61,009 nucleotides of DNA from Gammaproteobacteria bacterium (GTDB taxonomy: Bacteria > Pseudomonadota > Gammaproteobacteria > Porifericomitales > Porifericomitaceae): contig JAPPQA010000027.1 in assembly GCA_028817255.1 (NCBI GenBank), forward strand, positions 1 to 61,009, read 5' to 3'. A program made the translations under genes and the position numbers. Below the pieces are notes generated by a model. It had not been told where the DNA came from. It saw nothing but the letters and a program-made list of their open reading frames with translations, and did not search any database. Position 1 is the first letter of the stretch. Every line of letters starts with the position of its first letter. This document shows, piece after piece, positions 48,846 through 58,456 of the stretch.

Positions 48846-49200
48846 CGCAATGTGCCGGAGTAAGCGGTTGCTGCTGCATTTCTGTTGCCGTGTTGGCCTG
48901 GGCGCCGTTTGCTGCGTTGTTTATGGAGGCTGCCTGGGGCGCCTGCGCCAGGGAGTCGGGTCGGGAAGAGCCTGCCATGGACCCGTCGGATTTTTGACAA
49001 GAAACCGGGACAAAGGTAGCATCGGTACGGATGTGGCTCAGGTTGTCGGCGCTCGGCGCTTGCGTATGCGCCTGTCGCAGCCTTGCCGACATGGGGCACG
49101 GCGCGGAATCTTTTGGAATCGCCGCCATGGGCGGCGCTTTGCTGTGCAGCTGCCCTGGCACTGGAGGCCGCATCCCGAGTACAAGAGGGGAACTGAACGC

Positions 49201-49422
49201 ATGGCCGTACAGAAAAGTCGCAAATCCAATTCGCGTCGGGGCATGAGGCGCTCGCACAACGCCCTGAAGGCGCCGACGCTAACGACGGATGCGCAAAGCG
49301 GAGAAGTGCGCCTGCGCCACCATGTCGGCCCGCAGGGCAGCTACCGGGGGCGCCAGCTGCAATTGACGCGCAAGCGCAAGGACAAAGCGGAAGCGGAAGC
49401 GGAGGACACGGCGCAGGAGTGA
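49201..49422 (+). CDS. rpmF: 50S ribosomal protein L32 with a C-terminal charged extension
   Basis: The product begins [25 protein letters not shown] ... LRHHV ... YRGR. AGAGGGG lies upstream. The product is 73 aa, against about 57 aa in E. coli. Confidence 0.9.
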   Translation: MAVQKSRKSNSRRGMRRSHNALKAPTLTTDAQSGEVRLRHHVGPQGSYRGRQLQLTRKRKDKAEAEAEDTAQE

Positions 49423-50528
49423 CCGCCTCGCATACGACAGGGGCGGCGCCGGGCGCCGCGCCGGTAGCGGAGAGAGCTGTATCCCCAGGCGCGCCCCCGG
49501 GATCGATCTGTATTTCGCTGGACGCCATGGGAGGAGATCACGCCCCCGCCGAAATCGTGCCGGCGGCCCTGCAGGCCTTGCGGAGACACCCGGAACTGCA
49601 ATTGGTTTTGGTCGGGGTCGAGTCGGAGTTGCGGGAATTGCTGGGCCGGCACTCTGACTTTGGCGGGCGCCTCCGGCTCTTGCATGCCGCGGACCGGGTC
49701 GAGATGCAAGACCCTCCGTTACTGGCCCTGCGCAAGAAAAGGGACTCCTCCATGCGCATCGCCTTGCAATTAGTGCGTGACGGCGTCGCCGTCGCTTGCG
49801 TCAGCGCAGGCAACACCGGGGCGTTGGTGGCGCTGGCCTGCCGGTTGCTCAAGACTCTGCCCGGCATAGACCGCCCGGCGATCTGCGCCAGTCTGCCGGG
49901 TCCGCACAGCGATACCCAAATACTTGACTTAGGCGCCAATGTAGCCGTCAGTTCCGCACAACTTCTGCAATTTGCGTTGATGGGGGCGGAACTGGTCAGC
50001 GCCCTGCGGGGGGAATCGCGGCCGCGGGTCGCGTTGCTCAACATTGGCACGGAGGAGACCAAGGGCGGAGACCGCTTGCGCCAGGCCGCGGCGCTGTTGC
50101 AGGACAGCAACTTGAATTATGTCGGCTTCGCGGAGGGCGATGCCCTCTATAGCAGCGAGGTGGACGTGCTGGTCTGCGACGGGTTCAGCGGCAATGTAGC
50201 GCTCAAAGCCAGCGAGGGCGTGGTGCGCTTGCTGCGCGCCTGGGCCAGGGAGGCATTTTATGGCTCGCTGTACGGGCGGCTGGCAGGGGCGGTGGCTTGG
50301 CCAGTGCTTCGGCAACTGCGGCGGCGCTTCGACCCGGACCGCTATAACGGCGCTCGCTTGCTGGGGCTGCGCGGCATCGTGATCAAAAGCCATGGCAGCG
50401 CCAACCGCCGTTCCTTTGGCCATGCCATAGACGAGGCGGTTGCGGAAGTGGCGCGCGACATCCCGGCACGAATTCGCAGCCGCCTGGAGCGGGTGCCGCG
50501 GGCGGCGCTCCCGGAGACCGCCCCTTGA
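49419..50528 (+). CDS. plsX: phosphate acyltransferase PlsX
   Basis: PlsX blocks are [12 protein letters not shown] and GFSGNVALK. The GTG start overlaps the rpmF stop, and the N-terminal 25 aa are uncertain. Confidence 0.9.
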   Translation: MTASHTTGAAPGAAPVAERAVSPGAPPGSICISLDAMGGDHAPAEIVPAALQALRRHPELQLVLVGVESELRELLGRHSDFGGRLRLLHAADRVEMQDPPLLALRKKRDSSMRIALQLVRDGVAVACVSAGNTGALVALACRLLKTLPGIDRPAICASLPGPHSDTQILDLGANVAVSSAQLLQFALMGAELVSALRGESRPRVALLNIGTEETKGGDRLRQAAALLQDSNLNYVGFAEGDALYSSEVDVLVCDGFSGNVALKASEGVVRLLRAWAREAFYGSLYGRLAGAVAWPVLRQLRRRFDPDRYNGARLLGLRGIVIKSHGSANRRSFGHAIDEAVAEVARDIPARIRSRLERVPRAALPETAP

Positions 50529-51484
50529 GCCTTTACTCCCGAATTGTGGGAACCGGCGGCTGCCTGCCGGCTCGGGTCATGACCAATGCCGAACTGGAGA
50601 GTATGCTGGACACTTCCGATACCTGGATCCGCGAGCGCACGGGCATCCGCCAGCGGCATATCGCTGGGGAAAAGGAAACGACCTGCGACCTCGCCGAGGC
50701 GGCGGCGCGGGAGGCGTTGGCGGCGGCGGGGGTGAAGGCGCAGGAGATTGACTTGGTGCTAATCGCCACCGCTACCTCCGAGCGGGCCTTTCCCAGCACT
50801 GCCTGCCTGCTACAGGACCGGCTCGGCATTCGGGGCGCTCCGGCCTTCGATCTGCAAGCCGTGTGCAGCGGTTTTGTCTATGCCCTGACGGTAGCCGACA
50901 AATTCATCCGGGCGGGGGACTGCCGTACAGCCCTGGTGGCAGGGGCCGAGATCTTCTCGCGCTTGGTGGACTGGAGCGACCGTAGCACGTGTCCTCTGTT
51001 CGGAGACGGCGCCGGTGCGGTCGTATTGCGCGCCGACACGCAGGCGGGAATCTTTTACAGCCGCCTTTATGCCGACGGGAGCTACCATCGCCTGCTGTAC
51101 GCCTCCGGCAACGGCTGCTCGAACGGCAACGAAAAGAGGCACATCCGCATGCAGGGCAGCGAAGTGTTCAAACTGGCGGTCAAGACGATGAGCCAGTCCT
51201 TGTTGGAGGCTCTGCGCGAGGGCGGCCTGGACAAGGGAGAGCTGGACTGGCTGGTGCCGCACCAGGCAAACCGCCGCATCCTGCAGGCTGTCGCGCAGCG
51301 GATCGGCCTGGCCGACGAGCGGGTGATCAGCACGATCGAACGCCACGGGAATACTTCTGCCGCCTCGGTACCTCTGGCACTGGACAACGCCGTGCGCGGG
51401 GGACGCATCCGGGTCGGCGATCGCGTCGCCCTCAATGCCTTTGGCAGCGGCTTTACCTGGGGCTCCGTGTTGTTGCGCTACTGA
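50525..51484 (+). CDS. fabH: 3-oxoacyl-ACP synthase III
   Basis: The active-site context is AVCSGFVYAL (Cys). The blocks HQAN and GNTSAAS are present. The TTG start overlaps the plsX stop. Confidence 0.92.
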   Translation: MSLYSRIVGTGGCLPARVMTNAELESMLDTSDTWIRERTGIRQRHIAGEKETTCDLAEAAAREALAAAGVKAQEIDLVLIATATSERAFPSTACLLQDRLGIRGAPAFDLQAVCSGFVYALTVADKFIRAGDCRTALVAGAEIFSRLVDWSDRSTCPLFGDGAGAVVLRADTQAGIFYSRLYADGSYHRLLYASGNGCSNGNEKRHIRMQGSEVFKLAVKTMSQSLLEALREGGLDKGELDWLVPHQANRRILQAVAQRIGLADERVISTIERHGNTSAASVPLALDNAVRGGRIRVGDRVALNAFGSGFTWGSVLLRY

Positions 51485-51504
51485 GCCGCCATGAACTTTG
51501 CCCC

Positions 51505-52440
51505 GTGAGTCTCGCTGTTGTTTTCCCAGGCCAGGGTTCGCAATCGGTGGGGATGCTGGCAGCCCTGGCCCGCCGTTACCCGTCGGTGCTGGAAACCTTT
51601 GCCGAAGCCAGTGCCCGCACCGGTTTGGACCTGTGGCGCCTGGCGCAACAGGGGCCTGAGGAGGAACTCAATATCACCACGCACACCCAGCCGGCCCTGT
51701 TGGCCGGCGGCGTGGCCGTCTGGCGCTGTTGGCAGGAGCGCGGGGGGGCGCCCCCCGCCTACCTGGCCGGCCATAGTCTGGGGGAGTACACGGCCCTGGT
51801 CTGCGCCGGGGCGCTGTCCTTTTCGGACGCGGCGGCCCTCGTGGCCGAGCGGGCGCGCCTGATGCAAGAGGCAGTGCCGGCGGGCGCCGGCGCCATGACG
51901 GCGATTTTGGGCTTGCCAGAAGAGCGGATAGAAGAGATCTGCCGCCGGCCGGGCTTTCGGGATGTCGTGGCGCCGGCCAATTACAACGCGCCCGGACAGG
52001 TCGTGCTTTCCGGACAGGCCGAGTCCGTGGCGGAGGCCGCCGCCGCCGCCCGTGAGGTCGGCGCCCGGCGCACCCTGCGCCTGCCGGTGGGCGTTCCTTC
52101 GCATTGCCCGCTAATGCGGCCGGCGGCGGCCCGCCTTGCCCGCGTCTTGGAGGCGCAATCGTGGCTTCCGCCGCGGATCCCCGTGCTTCATAACGTGGAC
52201 GCCGGGATCTGCGCCGACCCCGCCGCGTTGCCGGAGGCGTTAAGTAGCCAGCTGTACCTGCCGGTGCGCTGGACGGAGACGGTGCAACGGTTGGTGCGGC
52301 AGGGGGTGCAACGGGTACTGGAGTTCGGCCCGGGACGGGTGTTGGCCGGGCTATGCCGGCGAATTGACCGCCGTCTGGAAGTATTGTCGGTAGAGGACCC
52401 GGATTCTCTGGAGCGGGCCCTGGAGGCGGCGGGCGCATGA
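51505..52440 (+). CDS. fabD: malonyl-CoA:ACP transacylase
   Basis: The GTG at 51505 gives (M)SLAVVFPGQGSQSVGM. The active-site block is GHSLGEY. Confidence 0.9.
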   Translation: MSLAVVFPGQGSQSVGMLAALARRYPSVLETFAEASARTGLDLWRLAQQGPEEELNITTHTQPALLAGGVAVWRCWQERGGAPPAYLAGHSLGEYTALVCAGALSFSDAAALVAERARLMQEAVPAGAGAMTAILGLPEERIEEICRRPGFRDVVAPANYNAPGQVVLSGQAESVAEAAAAAREVGARRTLRLPVGVPSHCPLMRPAAARLARVLEAQSWLPPRIPVLHNVDAGICADPAALPEALSSQLYLPVRWTETVQRLVRQGVQRVLEFGPGRVLAGLCRRIDRRLEVLSVEDPDSLERALEAAGA

Positions 52441-53192
52441 GCGGCGAGCAGTCGCTGGAGGGCAGGGTGGCCCTGGTGACCGGCGCGAGCCGGGGGATCG
52501 GCGCAGCAATTGCCGATGTCCTGGGACAGCGAGGGGCCCGGGTACTGGGCACGGCGACCAGCGCGGACGGAGTCGCGGCCATTCGCAAGCGCCTCCGGCA
52601 ACGGAGTATCGCAGGCGACGCCCTGCTGTTGGATCTGGCCGAAGACGCATCGCTGGCCGAGTTCGGGCAGACCCTGGCCCGGCTGGAGCCTGCCCCCGCC
52701 ATCCTGGTCAACAATGCCGGCATCGTCCGCGACGGCCTGTTGCCGCGTTTGCAAGAAGAAAATTGGGAACGGGTGATCCGCGTCAACCTGGGCGGGGCGT
52801 ACCGCCTCTGCCGCCTGTGCCTGCGCAGCATGCTGCGGGCTCGTTATGGCCGCATCGTCAACATCTCCTCGGTGGTCGCCCATACCGGCAACCCGGGGCA
52901 AACCAATTACGTGGCGGCAAAAGCGGGTATAATCGGGTTCACGCGCTCGCTGGCGCGCGAAGTGGCCGGACGCGGGATCACTGTCAATGCCGTAGCCCCC
53001 GGTCTGATTCGCAGCGATATGACAGCGGCTCTGACCGAAGAACGGCAAACACAGAGCCTGCGTCAGATCCCCATGGGCCGCTGGGGGGAACCGGAGGAGG
53101 TCGCAGTTGCAGTCGCCTTTCTGGTTTCTGCGGACGCGGCCTACATCACCGGCGAAACGATGAACGTGAATGGTGGAATGTCCATGAATTAG
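52437..53192 (+). CDS. fabG: 3-oxoacyl-ACP reductase
   Basis: The SDR signatures are TGASRGIG and YVAAKAG. The ATG overlaps the fabD stop (ATGA). Confidence 0.92.
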   Translation: MSGEQSLEGRVALVTGASRGIGAAIADVLGQRGARVLGTATSADGVAAIRKRLRQRSIAGDALLLDLAEDASLAEFGQTLARLEPAPAILVNNAGIVRDGLLPRLQEENWERVIRVNLGGAYRLCRLCLRSMLRARYGRIVNISSVVAHTGNPGQTNYVAAKAGIIGFTRSLAREVAGRGITVNAVAPGLIRSDMTAALTEERQTQSLRQIPMGRWGEPEEVAVAVAFLVSADAAYITGETMNVNGGMSMN

Positions 53193-53196
53193 TGGG

Positions 53197-53226
53197 TTGA
53201 AGTGATACTTGTATCCAATTGATATT
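53197..53226 (+). promoter_or_regulatory. candidate acpP promoter inside an AT-rich island
   Basis: The sequence reads TTGAAG, 17-18 nt, TGATAT/GATATT. In E. coli acpP has its own promoter in the fabG-acpP gap. Confidence 0.3.
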
Positions 53227-53370
53227 AATAAACTTTTTCATTCCAGGGGGAGCGGATTCCATCGCGATGCCAAAAATAGCGGGCGCCTTTGCCCGCAAAG
53301 GCTTGCATGGCGTTAGCGATCCCGTACACTTAGCGCACCGGATCGCACACAAACGGGGAGGTGGCATCTC

Positions 53371-53631
53371 ATGAGCGGCGACATTGCGGAAAAGGTAAAG
53401 AAAATCATCGTGGAACAACTCGAGGTCAAACCGGAAGAGGTGACGCCCGAGGCCTGTTTCGACGATGACCTGGGGGCCGATTCCCTGTCCCAGACGGAAT
53501 TGGTGATGGCCTTGGAAGACGAGTTCAAGATCGATATCCCGGACGAGGAGGCCGACAAAATACGCACCGTACAGCAAGCCATAGACTACATCCGCGAGCA
53601 TGGGGGCCAGGACGCGGACGACAAGGATTAA
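53371..53631 (+). CDS. acpP: acyl carrier protein
   Basis: The phosphopantetheine attachment motif is [20 protein letters not shown]. The product is 86 aa with an acidic C-terminal extension. Confidence 0.92.
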   Translation: MSGDIAEKVKKIIVEQLEVKPEEVTPEACFDDDLGADSLSQTELVMALEDEFKIDIPDEEADKIRTVQQAIDYIREHGGQDADDKD

Positions 53632-53700
53632 GTCCGGGATGCGACAGGCAGAGATGGCGGCGTCCAGGCGGGCAGGGCGCCGATTTGCCAAGCGGCGATC

Positions 53701-54945
53701 ATGAGCGGGCGGCGGCGGGTCGCGATCACCGGTTTAGGGGCGATTAGCCCCTTCGGCAATAGCGTAGCCGAGACCTGGGAGGGAGTGCGCGAGGGGCGCA
53801 GTTGCATTCGGCCGCTGGCGAATTTCGATGCCTCGGGGCTGACGGTGCGTTTCGGCGGCGAAGTGCGCGACTTCGACATTGGCGATCACCTTCCACGACG
53901 GCAGGCACGGGGGCTTTCCCTCTTCGCGCAATACGGGTTGGCAGCTGGAGTCCAGGCGGCGGCCGACGCCGGTCTGCGGATTGCCGAATCCGAGTCGCAC
54001 CGGGTCGGAGTGGCCATTGGCTCCGGAATCGGCGGTTTGGAGAACATCGAGAAGACGGTGGCGCGCTACCTGGAGGCCGGACAGCGCAAGATCTCTCCCT
54101 ATTACGTCCCCGGCAACATTATCAACATGGTTTCCGGCTCTCTGGCCATATTTCTGGGCGCCCGCGGGTCGAATTTCTCCTTGGTCAGCGCCTGCGCCAC
54201 GGGGGCGCACAACATCGGCATATCCGCCCGCTTGATCCAGTCCGGAGAGGCGGACGCGATGCTGGCGGGGGGGTGCGAGATGGCCACTTGTCCCACCGGA
54301 GTCGGCGGTTTTGCCTCGGCCCGGGCCTTGTCCACCCGCAACGACGCGCCGGCGGCGGCGAGCCGCCCCTGGGATCGAGACCGGGACGGCTTCGTCATCG
54401 GCGACGGGGCCGGGGTAGTAGTGCTTGAAGAATACCAGCGCGCCCGGCGGCGGGGCGCAAACATCTACGCCGAACTGGCTGGCTACGGAACCAGCGCCGA
54501 TGCCTACCACATGACCTCCCCCCTCCCGGACGGCGCCGGTATGTTCCATTGCATGCGCCAGGCTCTGGAGGACGCTGGCCTGGCCCCGGAGCGGGTCGGC
54601 TACATCAATGCGCACGCCACCTCCACGTCCCTGGGCGACCCCATCGAAAGCAAGGCAATCGAACGGCTGTTTGGCGACCATGCCTTCCGGCTAGCGGTCA
54701 GTTCGACCAAGTCCATGACCGGCCATATGCTGGGCGCAGCAGGCGGGATAGAGTCTATCGTCTCCGTGTTGGCCCTGCAGCAGGGGGTGGTGCCGCCTAC
54801 CATCAACCTTGAGAACGCAGCCCCGGATTGCCGGTTGGACTACGTGCCCGGCGCGGCTCGCAAACTGAAATACGATGTCGCCATGTCGAATTCCTTCGGC
54901 TTTGGCGGCACCAATGTAAGCCTGGTCTTCCGGCGCCCGCACTGA
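53701..54945 (+). CDS. fabF: 3-oxoacyl-ACP synthase II
   Basis: The product begins [15 protein letters not shown]. The active-site Cys context is SACATG. The blocks HATSTSLGD and GHMLGAAG are present. Confidence 0.93.
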   Translation: MSGRRRVAITGLGAISPFGNSVAETWEGVREGRSCIRPLANFDASGLTVRFGGEVRDFDIGDHLPRRQARGLSLFAQYGLAAGVQAAADAGLRIAESESHRVGVAIGSGIGGLENIEKTVARYLEAGQRKISPYYVPGNIINMVSGSLAIFLGARGSNFSLVSACATGAHNIGISARLIQSGEADAMLAGGCEMATCPTGVGGFASARALSTRNDAPAAASRPWDRDRDGFVIGDGAGVVVLEEYQRARRRGANIYAELAGYGTSADAYHMTSPLPDGAGMFHCMRQALEDAGLAPERVGYINAHATSTSLGDPIESKAIERLFGDHAFRLAVSSTKSMTGHMLGAAGGIESIVSVLALQQGVVPPTINLENAAPDCRLDYVPGAARKLKYDVAMSNSFGFGGTNVSLVFRRPH

Positions 54946-54962
54946 GAACTGCGGCAAGGGCG

Positions 54963-55802
54963 GTGCGCACGGTACCGGCAGCGGTCCTGGTGGACGGCGA
55001 GCCCGGCGCCCCGGATGCCCGGGATCGCGGCCTGCACTACGGCGATGGCCTGTTCGAGACCTTCGCGGTGCGCGCCGGCAAGCCGCTGTGCTGGGAACGG
55101 CATATGCGGCGGTTGGCGCGGGGCGGGCGCCGCCTGCGTCTGGCCGTACCGGACGCGGAACTGCTGTGGCGGGAGGCATCGCGCCTGTGCGCCGGCGCGG
55201 AGCGCGCCGTGCTCAAATTGATTCTGACCCGAGGGGCGGGACAGCGAGGATACCGTCCTCCCGCGGCGGCGCGGCCCTGCCGCATCATGCTCTGCTATCC
55301 CTGGCGCGCGCCGCCGCGGGAGCACTTGGCATCGGGGATCGCGGCGCGTGTCTGCGAGACCCGCTTGGCTGCGCAACCGCGCACCGCCGGGCTCAAGCAC
55401 CTGAACCGCCTGGAACAGGTGCTGGCGCAACAGGAATGGGACGATCCGCGGGTCCCCGAGGGAATCATGCTGGATAGCCGCGGCCGGCCCGTGGCGGGCA
55501 CCATGAGCAATTTGTTCGCGATCCGCGGCAACCTGCTGCTGACCCCGGATTTGGCTCTCCATGGGGTGGCCGGCATCGTCCGCGAGATGCTCCTGGAACT
55601 GGCGCCCGGTTGCGGTTTGCAACCGCGGGTCGGTGCGTTGCAACTGCAGGAATTGCAAGCCGCGGAAGAGTCCTTTGTGTGCAACTCCCTGTTCGGCCTG
55701 TGGCCACTGCGTTGCATTGACGGCCATCCTGTCCCTCTGGGCCCGGCGGTCCGCCGGTTGCGCGGCGAGCTCCTGGCAAAAAATGCGATAATGCCGCAAT
55801 GA
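54963..55802 (+). CDS. pabC: aminodeoxychorismate lyase (class IV aminotransferase fold)
   Basis: The motif RGLHYGDGLFETF is present. The gene is placed by synteny between fabF and mltG. The GTG start at 54963 is a hand call. Confidence 0.78.
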   Translation: MRTVPAAVLVDGEPGAPDARDRGLHYGDGLFETFAVRAGKPLCWERHMRRLARGGRRLRLAVPDAELLWREASRLCAGAERAVLKLILTRGAGQRGYRPPAAARPCRIMLCYPWRAPPREHLASGIAARVCETRLAAQPRTAGLKHLNRLEQVLAQQEWDDPRVPEGIMLDSRGRPVAGTMSNLFAIRGNLLLTPDLALHGVAGIVREMLLELAPGCGLQPRVGALQLQELQAAEESFVCNSLFGLWPLRCIDGHPVPLGPAVRRLRGELLAKNAIMPQ

Positions 55803-56809
55803 TGCAGAGATGCATTGCCCTATTCGGCCTTGCCATACTGGTGGGACTGCCCATCGCCGTCCTCTGGCTGCAACAGGCGATCCGGGAGGAAATGACTACC
55901 CCCAATACGTTGGAGGCGCCTGTGCAGTACACGGTGGCGCCAGGGAGCGGGTTGCGGCAAGTGGCGCAGGACCTGCACGGGAACGGATTGCTGCGCCATC
56001 CTCGCTACTGGACCCTGGCCGTGCTTTGGCGCCGGCAGCAGGAGCAGTTGCAGGCCGGAGAGTACCGTTTCCTGCCGGCGGCCACACCCGCCGAGGTGCT
56101 GGAGCAGCTAGTGCGCGGTCGCGTAATGCTGCATACGGTCACCATCCCGGAGAGCTGGACCTTCCGGCGCATGATGCAGGAATTGCGGCGTCATCCGTCG
56201 TTGCGCCAGACCCTGGCCGGGAGCAGCGAAGCGGAGATCATGGCGGCCCTGGGTACGCCTGAGCGGGCACCGGAAGGCATGTTTTTCCCGGACACTTACC
56301 ATTTTCCCAAAGGCACTTCCGAACTCAGCATCCTGCGCCTGGCGCACCGGAAAATGCAGCAGGTGTTGGCCGAAGAATGGGAGCAGCGGGCGCCGGGACT
56401 GCCCTACGCATCCGCCTACGAGGCTTTGATCCTTGCCTCGGTCATTGACAAGGAAACCGGGCTTGCCAGCGAGCGCGCGCGCATCGCCGGGGTATTCGTC
56501 CGCCGCCTGCAGCGCGGCATGCGCCTGCAGGCGGATCCCACTGTCATCTACGCTTTGGGCGAAGACTTCCAGCCGCCGCTGCGCCGCGCCGCCCTGAAGA
56601 TTGACACGCCTTTCAACACCTACCGGCACTCGGGATTGCCCCCCACTCCGATTTCGCTGCCTTCCCGTGCCGCCATCCACGCCGCTCTGCACCCGGAAGA
56701 GGGAGAGGCGCTGTACTTCGTCGCCAACGGCGACGGCGGCCACCATTTTTCCGCGACCCTGCGGGAGCACAATCGCATCCGGCAGCTCCTGCGCCGGCAG
56801 CGGCCGTGA
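55799..56809 (+). CDS. mltG: endolytic murein transglycosylase MltG (YceG)
   Basis: An N-terminal transmembrane helix is followed by a YceG domain (ASVIDKETGLASERARIAGVFVRRL ... LQADPTVIY ... YNTY). The ATG overlaps the pabC stop. Confidence 0.9.
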   Translation: MMQRCIALFGLAILVGLPIAVLWLQQAIREEMTTPNTLEAPVQYTVAPGSGLRQVAQDLHGNGLLRHPRYWTLAVLWRRQQEQLQAGEYRFLPAATPAEVLEQLVRGRVMLHTVTIPESWTFRRMMQELRRHPSLRQTLAGSSEAEIMAALGTPERAPEGMFFPDTYHFPKGTSELSILRLAHRKMQQVLAEEWEQRAPGLPYASAYEALILASVIDKETGLASERARIAGVFVRRLQRGMRLQADPTVIYALGEDFQPPLRRAALKIDTPFNTYRHSGLPPTPISLPSRAAIHAALHPEEGEALYFVANGDGGHHFSATLREHNRIRQLLRRQRP

Positions 56810-57417
56810 GCGGGCGCGGGCGCTTCATCGTCCTGGAAGGCATAGACGGGGCGGGGAAGAGCACGAACATTTCCTTTATTGCCGACTGGCTAACGGCGCG
56901 GGGACATGCGGTAACGACCGCCCGTGAACCAGGCGGCCCGCCTATCGCAGAGCGTATTCGCGAGCTGCTGTTACGCCCGGAAAATCACGAGATGCAACCG
57001 GAGACCGAGTTATTGTTGCTGTTCGCCGCCCGCGTCCAGCACCTGCGACAGCGCATCCAACCGGCGCTGCAGGACGGCCGCACCGTGCTGTGCGAACGCT
57101 TTACCGCCTCTACCTACGCCTACCAAGGGGGCGGCCGCGGTTTGGCGCCGGAGCTAATCGCCTGCCTCGAAAAGCACCTGCTTGATTCCTGGCGGCCAGA
57201 CTTGACCCTGTTGCTGGATCTGCCGCCGGAAGACGCCCGCCGTCGGCGCCGGGGCCGGGACCGCTACCATGACGAGCCCGACGGCTTCCTGCGGCGTGTT
57301 CGGGAGTGCTACCTGCGGCGTGCCGCCGAGGCGCCGGGCGTCTGCCGTGTGGACGCCACGCTGCCGCTGGCCGAGGTGCAGAAAGCTATCGTCAGGATAC
57401 TGGAGCGCAGCCTGTGA
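56806..57417 (+). CDS. tmk: thymidylate kinase
   Basis: The P-loop is FIVLEGIDGAGKST and a DRY-like block is present. The GTG start overlaps the mltG stop. Confidence 0.9.
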   Translation: MSGRGRFIVLEGIDGAGKSTNISFIADWLTARGHAVTTAREPGGPPIAERIRELLLRPENHEMQPETELLLLFAARVQHLRQRIQPALQDGRTVLCERFTASTYAYQGGGRGLAPELIACLEKHLLDSWRPDLTLLLDLPPEDARRRRRGRDRYHDEPDGFLRRVRECYLRRAAEAPGVCRVDATLPLAEVQKAIVRILERSL

Positions 57418-58442
57418 ACGGGGCCGTGGAGGCCGTCGCGGACCAAGCCCTTGCCAGCGGGAACATTGATGGCGACGGCATCTACCCCTGGCATCGGGCG
57501 TCCTGGCAACGGCTGAGCGAGGCCTGGCGCCAGCAGCGCTTGCCGCATGCCTTGCTGTTGGCGGGACCGCCCCAGGCCGGCATAGAGCGCTTTGCCGATT
57601 GTCTGGAGCGATTGCTGCTTGGCGCTCAATTGGGACCGGGGGGCGAATTACTGCCGAATCCGCGCGGGTTGCGATTGCTGGCCGCCGGCAATCACCTGGA
57701 CTTGCTGCATGTGGTCCCGGAACAGGAGGGGGGAACGATTCGCGTGGCGCAGATCCGCGAGGCCTGCGAATGGCTGCGTTTAAGCAGCCCTGACGGCGGC
57801 CCCCGCGTACTGCGCATTGCCCCGGCCGATGCGATGCACCGTAGCGCCTGCAATTCCCTGCTGAAAACCCTGGAAGAACCATCTCCCGGCGCCTTTCTCC
57901 TGCTGCTCTGTCATCGTTCCTCTATCCTGCCCGCCACCTTGCGCAGCCGTTGCCGGCATTGCAACCTTGCTGTCCGCACACCGGAGACGGCGGTAGCCTG
58001 GTTGCGGGAGCAAGGGCCGGGGCCGGATGGCAAGCTGCGCCCGCACTGGGACGCCTTGCTGGCAGCGCAACAAGGGCCGTTGGCGGTGGCGACGGAGCGG
58101 GCGGGGGCCTTTGCCGCCCTGTTGCCGCCGCGGGGGCGACTATTGCCCAGCTTGGCTGACGCATGGTTGGAGGCGGGGGCGGCGCGCGCATTGCTCTGGT
58201 TCCGCGGCGGGTTGCTGCTCGCGATTCGCCACCGGCTGGGAGATGCGGAGCGGGGGCCGCTGGCGGCGGCATTCGCGGGCCTGGAACTTTGTTCCCTGCT
58301 CCGACTTTATGATAAGGTAGTGCGCAATGAGGCTTCGCTCTCGGCAGTCGGCGGTTTGCAGGAGCGCTCCGTGCTGGAAGAGGTACTGCTATTTTGGCGC
58401 GCCTTGGCTTGCGCAGGGCAGACCGGAACAAGAGAAGGATAG
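57414..58442 (+). CDS. holB: DNA polymerase III delta-prime subunit
   Basis: The product contains LPHALLLAGPPQAGIERFA and the sensor block NSLLKTLEEP. The gene is placed by synteny after tmk. The GTG start overlaps the tmk stop. Confidence 0.85.
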   Translation: MNGAVEAVADQALASGNIDGDGIYPWHRASWQRLSEAWRQQRLPHALLLAGPPQAGIERFADCLERLLLGAQLGPGGELLPNPRGLRLLAAGNHLDLLHVVPEQEGGTIRVAQIREACEWLRLSSPDGGPRVLRIAPADAMHRSACNSLLKTLEEPSPGAFLLLLCHRSSILPATLRSRCRHCNLAVRTPETAVAWLREQGPGPDGKLRPHWDALLAAQQGPLAVATERAGAFAALLPPRGRLLPSLADAWLEAGAARALLWFRGGLLLAIRHRLGDAERGPLAAAFAGLELCSLLRLYDKVVRNEASLSAVGGLQERSVLEEVLLFWRALACAGQTGTREG

Positions 58443-58456
58443 GACCGACAACGACC

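Noticed and set aside
49020-49196. A possible degenerate yceD remnant lies upstream of rpmF. One frame ends ...[26 protein letters not shown], which is reminiscent of the DPRWAAL ending of DUF177 proteins.
   Set aside because: The frame is open for only about 58 codons and has no start codon context. It lacks the Cys-rich DUF177 core, and the similarity rests on about 5 residues.
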